DNA of 64,000 nucleotides. Origin: a virus. Lineage: Duplodnaviria > Caudoviricetes. Numbering within the stretch: the stretch's first letter is position 1; every line of letters begins with the position of its first letter. Below, one piece after another: positions 29,323 to 39,457 of the stretch. Location: the IMG/VR virus record IMGVR_UViG_2934543808_000001, positions 32,001 through 96,000 of that record; one strand, written 5' to 3'. The notes under the pieces are model-generated. The model was not told the DNA's origin. It ran no database searches and worked only from the letters and a program-made list of their open reading frames with translations. Position numbers and translations under genes: made by a program.

Positions 29323-29882
29323 CGTGGCCTTCGCAGGAGCGTGCGGGATATCGGATCGTCTCGGTGGGCCGAGCGACTGGCGTGGACGTGCTCCTGGAGG
29401 AGGGAGCCCAGCGTCTCCGCCTCTGCCTCGTCGGGTTCGGCGTACCGGGTGCGCCCGAGGAGCATGCGGATCAGGCCCGGCGTCATGTCGGGCAGGAGTC
29501 CGCCGAGGGTGCCGACGCCGGCGAGCAGGCCCTCGTCCACGGTGTGGTGGCGCAGCAGGATGTGGCCCAGCTCGTGGCCGATGATGCCGTCGGAGTGGGG
29601 GACGCTGGTCGTGTCGTCGAAGAAGATGTGGTCTTCGGTGTCCATCGCGAGCCACAGGCCGCACATGGAAGTCGCGTCCAGACTTTCGGGGAGCGCCTTC
29701 GGGTCGGTCACCGGGACCAGCTTGATGGGGCGGCCGGTGTACTCCGTCACGAACGGCACCAGCGCGCGGATGTTCTCGACCGGCGGGAGCTGGAGTTCGG
29801 CGATGAAGTCTCGGAGGGGTGCGGTGTCGTCTGGGGTCTCAGGCTGTTCGGCTGTGGCCGCTGCGCGCCTGCGCTTCCACAT
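29319..29882 (-). CDS. ImmA/IrrE-like HExxH metallopeptidase
   Basis: CGLWL..D-x-IF..IGHELGHILLRH..EAEAE. Confidence 0.75.
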   Translation of the reverse strand: MWKRRRAAATAEQPETPDDTAPLRDFIAELQLPPVENIRALVPFVTEYTGRPIKLVPVTDPKALPESLDATSMCGLWLAMDTEDHIFFDDTTSVPHSDGIIGHELGHILLRHHTVDEGLLAGVGTLGGLLPDMTPGLIRMLLGRTRYAEPDEAEAETLGSLLQEHVHASRSAHRDDPISRTLLRRPR

Positions 29883-29932
29883 GGCGGCTCCTTCAGCAGC
29901 CGAGGGGCTTTGTACGGTCGTCTGCACCAGTA

Positions 29933-30439
29933 TCAGGCCAGTGCATCTGGGGACTCCGGGAGTCCTTCCATGGCGCGTGCAGCGTCGACCATCTTGAGCA
30001 GGGCTTCCTTGCTGGCCGGAGAGAGCCCGGCGGCGCGCATGGCGAGATTCTTCACACCCTGGTCGTGCAGCTGCTGCACGAGCTGGAACTGGTTGACGAT
30101 CCGCTCCGTGACGTCGTCCTCCACGAAGTAGCTGGCCGGCACCTCGAAGAAGCGCGCGAGAAGCCGGGCGACGCGGATGGACGGGTTGTCGCCGGCCGGT
30201 CCGCGGAGTTTGCCGATGTACGCCGCGGTGAGCGTCCCGTCGCCGTAGCCGGAGATGGTTTCGGCGACGTGGGCATTGGAGAACTCACCGGTGAGACGGT
30301 TCGTCTTGGCCGGGTCGCCGTCTCTTGGGCGTAGCACGTCGAACAGGTAGTTCAGTCTCTCGGCGAAGCTGGAGCCGGGTCCGGGGGCGGGCACTGGCGG
30401 CCTTTCACCCTCGGGGTCCTGGGCTTTCCGATGGGGCAT
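29933..30439 (-). CDS. XRE-family HTH regulator (EspR-like)
   Basis: FAERLNYLF..SNAHVAE..YIGKLR..NPS..LARFFEVPASYF. Confidence 0.8.
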   Translation of the reverse strand: MPHRKAQDPEGERPPVPAPGPGSSFAERLNYLFDVLRPRDGDPAKTNRLTGEFSNAHVAETISGYGDGTLTAAYIGKLRGPAGDNPSIRVARLLARFFEVPASYFVEDDVTERIVNQFQLVQQLHDQGVKNLAMRAAGLSPASKEALLKMVDAARAMEGLPESPDALA

Positions 30440-30469
30440 GGATGCGACTGCTCTCGATGGGGGGTCTGC

Positions 30470-30536
30470 TAAACAATAGTTGACTATGCCACAGGCACCC
30501 GCCTACGTTCGATGTCACTCAGCCAACTATTGTTTA
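30470..30536. promoter_or_regulatory. Pair of inverted 16-bp AT-rich operator-like boxes
   Basis: TAAACAATAGTTGACT (30470-30485) and its near-perfect inverse AGCCAACTATTGTTTA (30521-30536), between divergent genes. Confidence 0.7.
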
Positions 30537-30628
30537 CTGAGTGTGTACGGGGGCTTCGGCATTGACCTGCCGGTTTCCCCTCGTTGCATTGCTTTCGATC
30601 AGCGCCAGCCGACGGGACGGAACGCAGA

Positions 30629-31144
30629 GTGACCACCGCACCGGAGCCTTGGACTCCGAATAGCACCGCCTACGAGCGGGAGGCCGTCACGACCACCACG
30701 TCGGTGAAGGCCCCCGCTGACTGTTCCGCCCTCTTCCCCGAGAAGCCTGCCCTGCCCAACGGTCTTGCCATCTCCCGGCGCATCCGCTTCCCCGTACCCG
30801 CCACAGGCGCCGCCGCGCTCCAGGCCCGGCAGGTCGCTCGCCCCGCGCTCAAGCTCATCCTCGGCGCCGGCGACCAGGCCGAACGCCTCAGCCGCCGCAT
30901 CGAGACGTGCCTTGCCGAACTCGTCGCCCTGGCCTACACGGTGACCACCGGTGACGACCTCCTGTGCTCGGTGTGGACCGACCGCGATCACGTCTTCCTC
31001 GCCGTCGAGCACGAGCAGGCGCTGCCCAGCGTGCCCAGCGACACCACCATGGGACTGAGCGTCGTCAAGGCCATCGCGGACGACTACGGCACCCACCGCA
31101 CCGACAGCGGTCACCAGACCTGGGCCGCCATCGTCCGAGGCTGA
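30629..31144 (+). CDS. Divergent HATPase_c / RsbW-like protein (start uncertain)
   Basis: ARQVAR..CLAELVA..GLSVVKAIADDYG..TWA; the N-box Asn appears to be missing. Confidence 0.55.
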   Translation: MTTAPEPWTPNSTAYEREAVTTTTSVKAPADCSALFPEKPALPNGLAISRRIRFPVPATGAAALQARQVARPALKLILGAGDQAERLSRRIETCLAELVALAYTVTTGDDLLCSVWTDRDHVFLAVEHEQALPSVPSDTTMGLSVVKAIADDYGTHRTDSGHQTWAAIVRG

Positions 31145-31152
31145 TGCGCAGG

Positions 31153-31169
31153 TGTTCCCACGGGGAACG
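31153..31169. repeat. parS-like palindrome
   Basis: TGTTCCCACGGGGAACG. Confidence 0.65.
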
Positions 31170-31176
31170 CTCCCCT

Positions 31177-32526
31177 TCACGCCGCCCACGCCGGCCGAGG
31201 GACGGGGTGGTACGGGTCCGATACGTCCCATCCCTCCCATGCCGGGTCGATGATCTCCCCGGTCTCCACGTCGACCGCCCCGGCCGGTACGAGCCGCAGC
31301 ACCGCGTCGACTCGCTTGGCTCGCCGCTCGGTCCTCCACCTGCGGTAGTTCAGCCGCTCGCGCACGTGCCGGGCCCTGCGCCGGGCACCCGCACCGGCTG
31401 TTCCGCGGGCCTCTGCCGCCTCCTGCAACACCTCCTGGTCCGGCATCACCCCGGCAGGTCCCGCCAGGGCCGACACCAGGTAGAAGAGCCCTTCCACCTC
31501 CTCGGCCAGGCCGTCCTCCACGAGGGCACGCAGGCGCCGGTCGACGGTAGTGCGGTGCAGTCCGGTGGCCGCTTGAAGCTCCTTCTGGCTCTTGCCCTCT
31601 TCCTCCTCCAGCAGCGTCAGCAGGCGAGCACCGTTGGTGCCGTGCCCGTAACGGTGGAAGGCGTCGTGACCGGCAAGACGAACGAGGGCGCGGGTGTCGG
31701 TGTGCGCCGCTGACACACGGGGCCCTGCCCCCCCAGCACTACCTGCGGCTGGTGGGTGTGTCACTGCCGCACCATCTGCTTCACCCCGATCAGGGATGGA
31801 CAGCCGCCACTTCGAGCCCGTCTCGGACCCAGCACCGGACTTCTCCAGCACCAGCCAACCGGCCTTCTCCAACCTCCGGTTGCTCAGCACCGCCGTACGC
31901 AGCGCGCACCCCATCAGCTCGGCCTGCCGGCGTGCAGACAGCTCGTGGTCCAGGCCGCCGCCGCGCTCGCACAGCTCCAGGCGGACGCTGAGGTTCTTCA
32001 GGTCCGCCTCCCCCCCGCCCCGAGACGGCCACACCCCGCGCTCCACGGCCTTACGCACCCGCTCCACCGCCTCCCACGCGCTGTGGCGGCAGGTGATGGG
32101 CTCCTCCTGGCTGACCCACGCACGGGCCTTCGTGAGCATCCAGGCGAGCTTGCCCTCGGCGAACTCCGGGCCCTTGCGCCGCATGAGGCGACGAGCCCAC
32201 TCACCCCCGGGAGTCGGCGAGTAGAGCAGCGCACGGTAGAAGTCCGCGGGCATCCACTCCCGGCCCGGCTGCGAGGCGCCGGCGGCCAGGGCCATGGTGA
32301 GCCGGTAGCCCTCTTCGGCCTCGTTGCGGCCCGGGTAGCGGCCGTCGACGTCGCCTTCGAGGAGCAGCCGGGCACTGGCCGCGGACAGGCCCTTGGTGAT
32401 GGACGCGGCGACGTGCGGCGCGATGCGGCGGCGATGCGTTTGCGATGCTCCGCCGAAGCGATCCCGATTGAATTGTCGGCGCGTCGCCGGGATGGACTGG
32501 CCACGCGCGAGGACGTGCGGCATCAT
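31177..32526 (-). CDS. Putative plasmid-type replication initiator (two wHTH domains)
   Basis: LSARRQAELMG..RRLEKAGWL and SQKELQAATGLHRTTVDRRLRALVEDGL; long non-coding upstream region. Confidence 0.5.
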   Translation of the reverse strand: MMPHVLARGQSIPATRRQFNRDRFGGASQTHRRRIAPHVAASITKGLSAASARLLLEGDVDGRYPGRNEAEEGYRLTMALAAGASQPGREWMPADFYRALLYSPTPGGEWARRLMRRKGPEFAEGKLAWMLTKARAWVSQEEPITCRHSAWEAVERVRKAVERGVWPSRGGGEADLKNLSVRLELCERGGGLDHELSARRQAELMGCALRTAVLSNRRLEKAGWLVLEKSGAGSETGSKWRLSIPDRGEADGAAVTHPPAAGSAGGAGPRVSAAHTDTRALVRLAGHDAFHRYGHGTNGARLLTLLEEEEGKSQKELQAATGLHRTTVDRRLRALVEDGLAEEVEGLFYLVSALAGPAGVMPDQEVLQEAAEARGTAGAGARRRARHVRERLNYRRWRTERRAKRVDAVLRLVPAGAVDVETGEIIDPAWEGWDVSDPYHPVPRPAWAA

Positions 32527-33206
32527 GACTCCGTGCTTCCGGGGCTCCCGAGGGCACAAAAAGGCCCTCAAGGGGGTCGGGTGAGTGAAAACCGCACATA
32601 TGTGCGGAACCAACGGACCTCGTGCAAGGTCCGAGTAACGAAGCGGCCGGCAGCTCGACGCCACATCGAGTAGGCGGCCTGGAGGACTGGCTTGGACTGG
32701 AACCGTCGCCACAACGGAACCGGCGCCTGCGAGCCTCCACCAGGGACTAGGTCATGACGACCTCCGCAGGGGGAGAGACGGACACGCGAATGCCACGATC
32801 GCCCAACTCGTAAGGCAGATCTCCGTCCAGGGGGACAGGGCACGACCAGGAACGACCACCGAACGCACACAGGCCCACCGGATGCCGGCGCACGACGCGC
32901 CGCCCGGTGGGCCTACTCGTTGCGTGTCCCCGCCCTCTGGCGGGTACATTGGTGGTCATAGAGACCAGTCCTCGTGTTAGGTCTCCGGGAACGGCCCCGC
33001 CGGGTACTCCGCTGCGAAGGTTTGGACGCCTTTGACTTGCAGCCGAGTGGCGGGGCTTTTCCCGTTGTGCGGTCTTGTGGGCTACCGCCGCGCGCGTTCC
33101 GGCATGGAACTCGCATGATCGCAGACGGTAATCGTGGGGACAGACTAGACCTTCTCGTCCCCCGGGCGGGTCATCTTGGCGGGCGTGCCGTGTCGGTGAG
33201 GAGTAG

Positions 33207-33782
33207 TCAAGTCGTCTCCCTTCGCCGGCCAAACTTCCTGGCGTACCGCTCCGACGCCCCGTCGGCCTGGTACTCGGCCAGCTCCTGATCAGGGTGGTAC
33301 GTGACCGGCAGGTCCAGCTCGGCGTCCCAGACGGCCCAGTCGAGGGGCTCGTTCCTGTGCCGCTGGCCGTCCTGCGGGCGGTGCCGTGCCTCGTACCGCG
33401 GCCCGGGGGGTCGGCGGTCGCCAAGGGGGCCGGCCGCGGCGAAGAGGCTGCTGATCCGCTTCTCGGTATCGGGCGATGCGGGCAAGGGCTCAGCTCGCAT
33501 GGGGGAGGAGGGGGGCAGCGGCCACTCGTTCGTGTCGATCCCCACCTCCGCGAGTTCCGGCAGCGGCGTTCTCGTGCTGCGCGCCATCAGGTAGGTGCGC
33601 TGCTCCTCGCTGGTGCCGGTGCGCCGTTCGCCGAGAGCGACGTGCACCTCCACCAGGTCGTCCACGATCTCCTTCGCCGCATCGAGGGCGCCGGCTCTTC
33701 GGGCCTCGACCAGTCGAAGAAGCGCGTGCTCGCGCCACGCCGTGATGCTTTCCGCCTCCGTCATCCGTTCGTCCCGACTCAT
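33207..33782 (-). CDS. Hypothetical protein
   Basis: Protein-like 3' part of a long ORF; start uncertain. Confidence 0.5.
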   Translation of the reverse strand: MSRDERMTEAESITAWREHALLRLVEARRAGALDAAKEIVDDLVEVHVALGERRTGTSEEQRTYLMARSTRTPLPELAEVGIDTNEWPLPPSSPMRAEPLPASPDTEKRISSLFAAAGPLGDRRPPGPRYEARHRPQDGQRHRNEPLDWAVWDAELDLPVTYHPDQELAEYQADGASERYARKFGRRRETT

Positions 33783-33868
33783 ATCGCTGGGCAGCGTGGG
33801 GACTGCCCGTGGGGTCGTCCGCAGATGATGACTCGCGGACGTCTGTCTTGGTTGCAACGAGCACCGTC

Positions 33869-33980
33869 TTGATAACCGGCCCCAGGCCCTCCTGTGCTGC
33901 TGAGTCTTTTCAACGCGCAAGGGCCGGGCCGCGCTGCCGCGCGGGCACCTAGGAAAAGCGGGCCTGGGGCCGGTTATCAA
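33869..33980. repeat. Perfect 21-bp inverted repeat enclosing 70 bp
   Basis: TTGATAACCGGCCCCAGGCCC ... GGGCCTGGGGCCGGTTATCAA. Confidence 0.85.
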
Positions 33981-34039
33981 AACTTCAGTGGTCGGTGCCA
34001 TCTGGGACTTCACGGTAGTGGAGCCCTCGCCTGGGGCCC

Positions 34040-34270
34040 TCACGGGGAGGGGCGCAGCCGGGCGGACGGAAGCGGGTGCCGGGCAACCCGCATGAACAGG
34101 GGCTCGTCGCCCTTGCGGTTGATCGTGATCGAGCCGCGGCGGCGGCCGGCGCGGAGCACTCTCTCCGTCTCCTCGGCGGGCAGGTCGAGCGCTCGCGCCA
34201 GTTCGTCGGCGCTCAGCCACCGTTGCCACGGCAGCCGGTTGATCCGGTGTGCCACGGGGGCGCCGTTCAT
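34040..34270 (-). CDS. Small winged-HTH protein
   Basis: WLSADELARALDLPAEETERVL; AAGGAGGAGG RBS. Confidence 0.6.
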   Translation of the reverse strand: MNGAPVAHRINRLPWQRWLSADELARALDLPAEETERVLRAGRRRGSITINRKGDEPLFMRVARHPLPSARLRPSP

Positions 34271-34660
34271 GGCGTCCTCCTCCTTGCAGGGTTGCACCCG
34301 GGTTGCTCATCCCCAGGCGTGACCACACACCCTAGTGCACACCACGTCCGGACGGGAGCATGCGACGTGGATCACGGCATGTCGGCGCGGATTCCGGACA
34401 GGGGAGACACGAGCGAACGTCTTGTAACAGTTACGTAACTGGACTACCCGATGCACAGGGTTCGCTCAGCGGACGGCAAGGGATCTTCGTCCTGAATTGC
34501 CCATGTCCGAAGTGGGATGAACCGCGTGGTTCCTATCCAAGGGCACTTTTGCCACACAGGCACGGTTTTCGATCTGACGTGCGATTTCATAGTGGCGAAT
34601 CGCTTCACGGCTGTCGGAAGATTGGCTTCCAGAGGCCGATCAAGACCGAAGCGAGGCGGT

Positions 34661-35368
34661 ATGCCCAGGACGCCCAGCACGAGCGAGACCACGTCGTGCG
34701 ACGGCGAGCACGGGCACTCCCTTGAAGCCGCCGCTTCCCGGGCGGCCGGGGACCCCGGCGACAAGGCAGCCCTCGCCGAGCTGTTCAACGGCATGTACGA
34801 GCCGGTCGTGCGCTTCATGCACGCGCGCATCCAAGACCCGGTCACCGCCGAGGACTTGGCACAGGAAGTCTTCGTCAAGGTCGTACAGAACATTCACACG
34901 TACACCGGCGGCGGCATCTACGCCTGGATCTGGTCCATCGCGAGGAACGTCTACTCCGACTACTTCCGGCCGATGCGCAACCGCGGCTTCGAGCAGCCCA
35001 CCGGGGACTTCTGGCACCTCGACGCACCGAGCACAGAGATGGGCCCGGAGGAAGCCGCGGAGTGGAAGGAGCTCCGGAGGGCCATCAAGGGCAAGCTGGA
35101 CAAACTGTCCGAGTCGCAACACATGGTGCTCGCCCTGCGCATCACCTGCGGGTACTCGACCGCGCAGACTGCGGAGATACTGGGGAAGCCAGTGGGTACG
35201 ATTCGTGTGTTGCAGTACCGCGCGCTCGCCAAGCTCCGCGGATTGATGCCCGACCGTGACAGCAACCTGGCAATGTATCTGCTGTCCGCCTCCGACCCGG
35301 AGGGGCAGGGCGAGCACGCAACGCCCGTAAGGCTGAGGGAGAAGAACAATGTTGGGTCGCAGGGATAG
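34661..35368 (+). CDS. Sigma-70 family (ECF-type) RNA polymerase sigma factor
   Basis: AEDLAQEVFVKV, AWIWSIARN, LALRITCGYSTAQTAEILGKPVGTIRVLQYRALAKLR. Confidence 0.9.
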   Translation: MPRTPSTSETTSCDGEHGHSLEAAASRAAGDPGDKAALAELFNGMYEPVVRFMHARIQDPVTAEDLAQEVFVKVVQNIHTYTGGGIYAWIWSIARNVYSDYFRPMRNRGFEQPTGDFWHLDAPSTEMGPEEAAEWKELRRAIKGKLDKLSESQHMVLALRITCGYSTAQTAEILGKPVGTIRVLQYRALAKLRGLMPDRDSNLAMYLLSASDPEGQGEHATPVRLREKNNVGSQG

Positions 35369-35729
35369 CGCCGTCGCAGCGCAGCTTGACCGCTGCCTGT
35401 CCGGCGACGCCGAACCTGAAGGACCCGAGATACCCGGCCTCATGATGGCCGCTGCTTCTCTCGCGCCGCGCCGCCCGATCAGTGAGTCCGGCCGCCAGCG
35501 CGCCTTCGACGCCATGATGCGCGAAGCCGACCGCCGCGCCCGCCCGACTGCGGGCACCCACGTAGACGACCTCACCGACCCGGGCATCCACGTCCGCGTC
35601 GCACAGGCCGGCCCGCACCTCCGCCTCCGCATCGCGAACATCGAAGAAGTCAGCGATGAGGGCATGGAGGAGATCGCCGGCCGCATCGCTAACCGCCTCG
35701 GGCAGAACGCTCCGGACCGCAATCAGTGA
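35349..35729 (+). CDS. Hypothetical protein coupled to the sigma gene (possible anti-sigma)
   Basis: Overlaps both neighbours. Confidence 0.55.
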   Translation: MLGRRDSAVAAQLDRCLSGDAEPEGPEIPGLMMAAASLAPRRPISESGRQRAFDAMMREADRRARPTAGTHVDDLTDPGIHVRVAQAGPHLRLRIANIEEVSDEGMEEIAGRIANRLGQNAPDRNQ

Positions 35730-37321
35730 CCGGAGACACCCAGCAGCTCCGCATCCTCGAAGAGGACATGGGCGCGGACGCCATCACGTTCGAGAACTTT
35801 GACGAGGGCGTCACCTACCTGTTCGTCCGTCCCGGGCAGTCCTTCGAGAACGCCGTTAAGGCCGTGCTCAAGGCGTGCCCCGAGATGAAGATGCCGCAGG
35901 CGCAGGATCTCGTGCGCACCTACTGCCCGAACATCATCGAGATGAACGAACGGCTCGGCGTCGACCAGGTCGTACCGCGCTTCGAGGCCGCGCCGGACGC
36001 CGGCGTCGTCCCGCCCGTCCCGATGAAGGTGACCGGGCAGCACCGTCGGCCCCGCCCGCCGCGATGGGCGAAGATCGCCGCGGTCGCCGCGCCCGCTCTC
36101 GCCGGCGGCATGTTCCTGGCCCACTGGCTCAACCCCAGCCCGAAGGACCCCTCCGCGACGACGTCGACCCCGGCGATCAGCCAGGACGACAAGGTGGCCG
36201 CCGGTACCTACCGCAACCCCACGTTCGAGAAGATCGCCGAGGGCGGCCAGATGAAGTGCGACCCGATGGGGGCGTACGAGGCCAAGTGCGTGGACGCGGA
36301 CGGCAAGGTGATGTTCAGCGAGGCGTCCGTCGGGACGTCGACCGCCTTCACCTTCTCCTACGACATGGAGAAGATCGGGTTCCGGCTCTTCCCCGACGTG
36401 GACTCGGCCGCGGCCTGGGCCGCCGAGGACGCCAACCAGGACCTCTACCAGAACGTGAAGCAGTACGGCCGCGTGGTGCTGTGGGGCACCGACGGCGCCC
36501 GCCTCGGGGAGTGGGGGAACATCCTCGAAGAGCAGGAGCGCCGGCAGCGGAGCAACGCGCGCGCCATGGGCGACGCCCACCCCGCTGCGGTTCCGATGGG
36601 CTACACCTCCGCCGAACCCCTGCCGGACCGGCTCGCGTTCCTGGCCTTCGGCACGCTCGGGGTCACCGAGGAAACGATCCATCAGGCCGTCCATCAGGAC
36701 GACGCGCAGTCCGTGCAGCTCCTGCGCGCCGTCGACCTCGTCCTCGGCAACGCCGACTCCAGCCAGCTCGGCATCATCCCGTCCGGTCCGACCGACGCGG
36801 TCGCCATCGTCGCGGACGCCACCGCACCGCCTGCGGAAGACGCCACGGACACGCACGGCGAGACCAACCCGGTGCCCGTGAGCCCGACACCCGAGCCCCC
36901 CGTCACCACCCCGGACTCCGGGGCGAAGGGTGAGCCGACCACCACGGCGCCGGCCGGCTCGTCTTCCGGCGGTACCGAGACGGCGCCGCCCCCCGAGACG
37001 AAGCCCGTGGTGGAGCCCACCGCGCCCGAGGAGCCGTCGGAGCCCCCGGCCCCCGCGCCCAAGCCGGACCCCGCTCCCGAGCCGGAGCCCGAGCCGGAGC
37101 AGCCGGAGACCGACTCACGGCCCGGTGCCGTCACGCCCGTTCCGGAGCCCGAGCCCACCGCGCCCCAGCCGGCCCCCGAACAGCCCGTGACCGAAGAGAC
37201 GCCTCCGCCGTCCACGGAGGTTCCGGTGCCGGAAACGCCTCCGGCCCCTCCCGTGACGGAGGAGCCGGAAGACGATGGGCTGTCCCTGGAGGTGCTGCCC
37301 ACTCAGTGGGCGGCGGCCTAG
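35726..37321 (+). CDS. Single-TM protein with Pro/Glu/Thr-rich tail
   Basis: TM segment [16 protein letters not shown]; PEPEP repeats. Confidence 0.7.
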   Translation: MTGDTQQLRILEEDMGADAITFENFDEGVTYLFVRPGQSFENAVKAVLKACPEMKMPQAQDLVRTYCPNIIEMNERLGVDQVVPRFEAAPDAGVVPPVPMKVTGQHRRPRPPRWAKIAAVAAPALAGGMFLAHWLNPSPKDPSATTSTPAISQDDKVAAGTYRNPTFEKIAEGGQMKCDPMGAYEAKCVDADGKVMFSEASVGTSTAFTFSYDMEKIGFRLFPDVDSAAAWAAEDANQDLYQNVKQYGRVVLWGTDGARLGEWGNILEEQERRQRSNARAMGDAHPAAVPMGYTSAEPLPDRLAFLAFGTLGVTEETIHQAVHQDDAQSVQLLRAVDLVLGNADSSQLGIIPSGPTDAVAIVADATAPPAEDATDTHGETNPVPVSPTPEPPVTTPDSGAKGEPTTTAPAGSSSGGTETAPPPETKPVVEPTAPEEPSEPPAPAPKPDPAPEPEPEPEQPETDSRPGAVTPVPEPEPTAPQPAPEQPVTEETPPPSTEVPVPETPPAPPVTEEPEDDGLSLEVLPTQWAAA

Positions 37322-37764
37322 AACGGCGGCTGCGGCTGGCCGCTGGCCCACGGGTCAGCGGCCAGCGCACCTGATGCGGGAGCAGAGGGCGACCGCTGGG
37401 CCGACACCTTGGTCACCTTGGCCGTTGCCCGGGACAACGCCGGACCGACCTCCTCCACGTCCAGCTCATAGACCGTGCGCTTCACCCCCTCCCGGTCCTC
37501 GTAGGAGCGCTGCTTGAGCCGCCCCTGCGCGATGACCCGGGTGCCGCGGGTCAGCGATTCGGCGACGTTCTCCGCGGCCTGCCGCCACACCTGGCAGGAG
37601 AGGAACAGGCTGTCCCCGTCCTTCCACTCGTTGGTCTGCCGGTCGAACGTCCGCGGGGTGGACGCGATGCGGAACTTCGCGACGGGGGCGCCGGACGGGG
37701 TGAAGCGCAGCTCGGGGTCGTCCACGAGGTTGCCGACGACGGTGATGACGGTTTCGCCTGCCAC
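37318..37764 (-). CDS. ssb: Single-stranded DNA-binding protein
   Basis: [25 protein letters not shown]..; C-terminal PPF. Confidence 0.97.
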   Translation of the reverse strand: MAGETVITVVGNLVDDPELRFTPSGAPVAKFRIASTPRTFDRQTNEWKDGDSLFLSCQVWRQAAENVAESLTRGTRVIAQGRLKQRSYEDREGVKRTVYELDVEEVGPALSRATAKVTKVSAQRSPSAPASGALAADPWASGQPQPPF

Positions 37765-37826
37765 GGAGGGGGCCTTTCAACGCAGAGGGGGAGGCCGGCC
37801 CGCGGGGCGCGGGCCGGCCGGGGCGG

Positions 37827-38750
37827 TCAGGAGAAGAGCAACCGCCAGGTGAGCGGACCGGGCAGGCCGTCCGCGTCGCCGCGCAGCTCCTTGCGGGAGA
37901 GCTGGAAGGCACGGACGTTCAGGCGGTCGGCGTCGCCCCAGTCCTCGGAGGGGCCGACGCGGTAGTGCTTGCCGAAGCCCTTCGCGACCAGGCGCTCGCC
38001 GAGCTGCTTGATGTACTTGTTCTTCTTGCCGGGGCCGAACTTGTCGCGGCCGGGGAACGCCGGGGGCGTCGGCTTCGGCTTCGGCTTGGTGGTCGAGCCG
38101 CCGCCGGTGGACGGCTTGGTGCCGGCGACGATCGCCTTGGCCTTGGCCAGGATCTTGGCGAACGGGATGTTCCCGGGGTCGCCGTGGACGTTCTCCGGGG
38201 CGTGGAGGTGGCCGCAGATGCCCTTGAAGGCGTTCCACTCGGAGAAGGTCATGCGCGCGCTGGTGGCGCCGTACGAGGACGGGTAGGCGGGCCACTCCGA
38301 CGGGCCGCTCAGCGGGATGCCCATGTTCTTGTGCATCCAGGCGATGAGGTCGGCGAGCGCGTCGTAGGCCCACTCCGGGGCGTCGGGCCAGTAGATGTAG
38401 TCGACGCCCGCCTTGAGCTTGCCCCAGGTCTTCTTGTGCGAGGGGTCGCAGGTGCCGATCAGTTCGAGCTGGATGACGTTGAGGGTGTTCGTCTCGACGC
38501 CCCCGGCCTTGTTGACCAGGGCGCGCGCCGACCGGTTCAGCGCGAAGTGCTGGTAGACGTCGAAGCCCTTCTTCGTGAAGTTGGGCTTCGCGGTGAGGTT
38601 CGGGGCCTCGGCGCCGTTGCTGTAGGAGACGATGCCGGTCCCCTCGGTGGTGTGCAGGGCGAGGACGTTGGGGTCCATCAGGTCGCCCTCGTACGTGTCG
38701 CCGTACCAGTGCGTGCCGCGGATCGCGCCCGGGTAGAGGGTGGTGGCCAT
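37827..38750 (-). CDS. Endolysin: N-acetylmuramoyl-L-alanine amidase-type with PG-binding domain
   Basis: LHTTEG, IQLELIG, GHLHAPENVHGDPG; FQ..ADGLPGPLTW. Confidence 0.85.
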   Translation of the reverse strand: MATTLYPGAIRGTHWYGDTYEGDLMDPNVLALHTTEGTGIVSYSNGAEAPNLTAKPNFTKKGFDVYQHFALNRSARALVNKAGGVETNTLNVIQLELIGTCDPSHKKTWGKLKAGVDYIYWPDAPEWAYDALADLIAWMHKNMGIPLSGPSEWPAYPSSYGATSARMTFSEWNAFKGICGHLHAPENVHGDPGNIPFAKILAKAKAIVAGTKPSTGGGSTTKPKPKPTPPAFPGRDKFGPGKKNKYIKQLGERLVAKGFGKHYRVGPSEDWGDADRLNVRAFQLSRKELRGDADGLPGPLTWRLLFS

Positions 38751-38807
38751 GTGTGCTTCCTCCGGAGCTGGTGAGCAGGGGGGAAGCACCGTGCGGGGCG
38801 GGGGGCG

Positions 38808-38820
38808 CTAGCGTCCCGGG
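38808..38820 (-). promoter_or_regulatory. Late-gene box upstream of endolysin
   Basis: CCCGGGACGCTAG. Confidence 0.55.
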
Positions 38821-38821
38821 C

Positions 38822-39430
38822 TCACTCGGCGCCCGGCACGTCTTGGTCCTGGTCGTCGTCCGGGTACTGGAGCGCGTGCAGCGTCTCGGCGAGCCGTGTG
38901 GCGAGGTCGGCCGAGGGGCCGGTGTTCTCGACGGCGACCGGGCCCCCGGCCGCGCCGGTCAGCTCGACCTCCAGGTGGTCTTCCTTGCCGTACTGCTTGC
39001 GGTGCTGCCGCTCCAGGTACCAGGCCGCCGCCCTCCAGTCCGGCGGCGTCGTGATCGTCTCCTCCAGCACCTTGCCCGAGTGCGGGTCGAACTTCCTGTG
39101 GGTGGTGACGATGCCGCCGCGGCTGGCGCGGCGGATGTCGAGGGCGGCCGAGAGGGCGGCGGAGGCGCGGGCACGCTCGACCTTCTCGAAGAACTCCACG
39201 AAGTGGTCGAGGTCGGGGTCGGGGTCGTTGCCGGCCGCGCGGTCGACGGCCTCGGTGCGGCCGTAGGCCATCCAGCGCAGGAAGGTGGCGCGGCTGATGC
39301 CCGCGTTGACGGCCGCCAGGTCCACGGCGAGGCCGGCGCGGGACGCCTCGACCAGGCGCGTCTCGACCTCCGGCGTCAGGAGCCGGGTACGCGCCGCGGC
39401 TTGGGAGCGGCGGACTTTGCGGCTGGGCAT
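38822..39430 (-). CDS. Terminase small subunit-like HTH protein
   Basis: AGISRATFLRW; DWRAAAWYLER; VELTGAAGGPV. Confidence 0.65.
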   Translation of the reverse strand: MPSRKVRRSQAAARTRLLTPEVETRLVEASRAGLAVDLAAVNAGISRATFLRWMAYGRTEAVDRAAGNDPDPDLDHFVEFFEKVERARASAALSAALDIRRASRGGIVTTHRKFDPHSGKVLEETITTPPDWRAAAWYLERQHRKQYGKEDHLEVELTGAAGGPVAVENTGPSADLATRLAETLHALQYPDDDQDQDVPGAE

Positions 39431-39457
39431 GGCGGGGACCGTAGATCGACTGCCGGG

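Noticed and set aside
32530-33200. Short ORFs upstream of the Rep-like gene
   Set aside because: No convincing RBS or codon bias; probably regulatory or origin DNA, but no clear iterons were seen.
34405-34470. ACGAGCGA upstream of the sigma gene as a tenth leader
   Set aside because: Only a weak offset stem, no AACGCTCC tail, and far from the start codon.
35706-35714. AACGCTCCG before the 35726 start
   Set aside because: It lies in coding sequence with no upstream ACGAGCGA hairpin.
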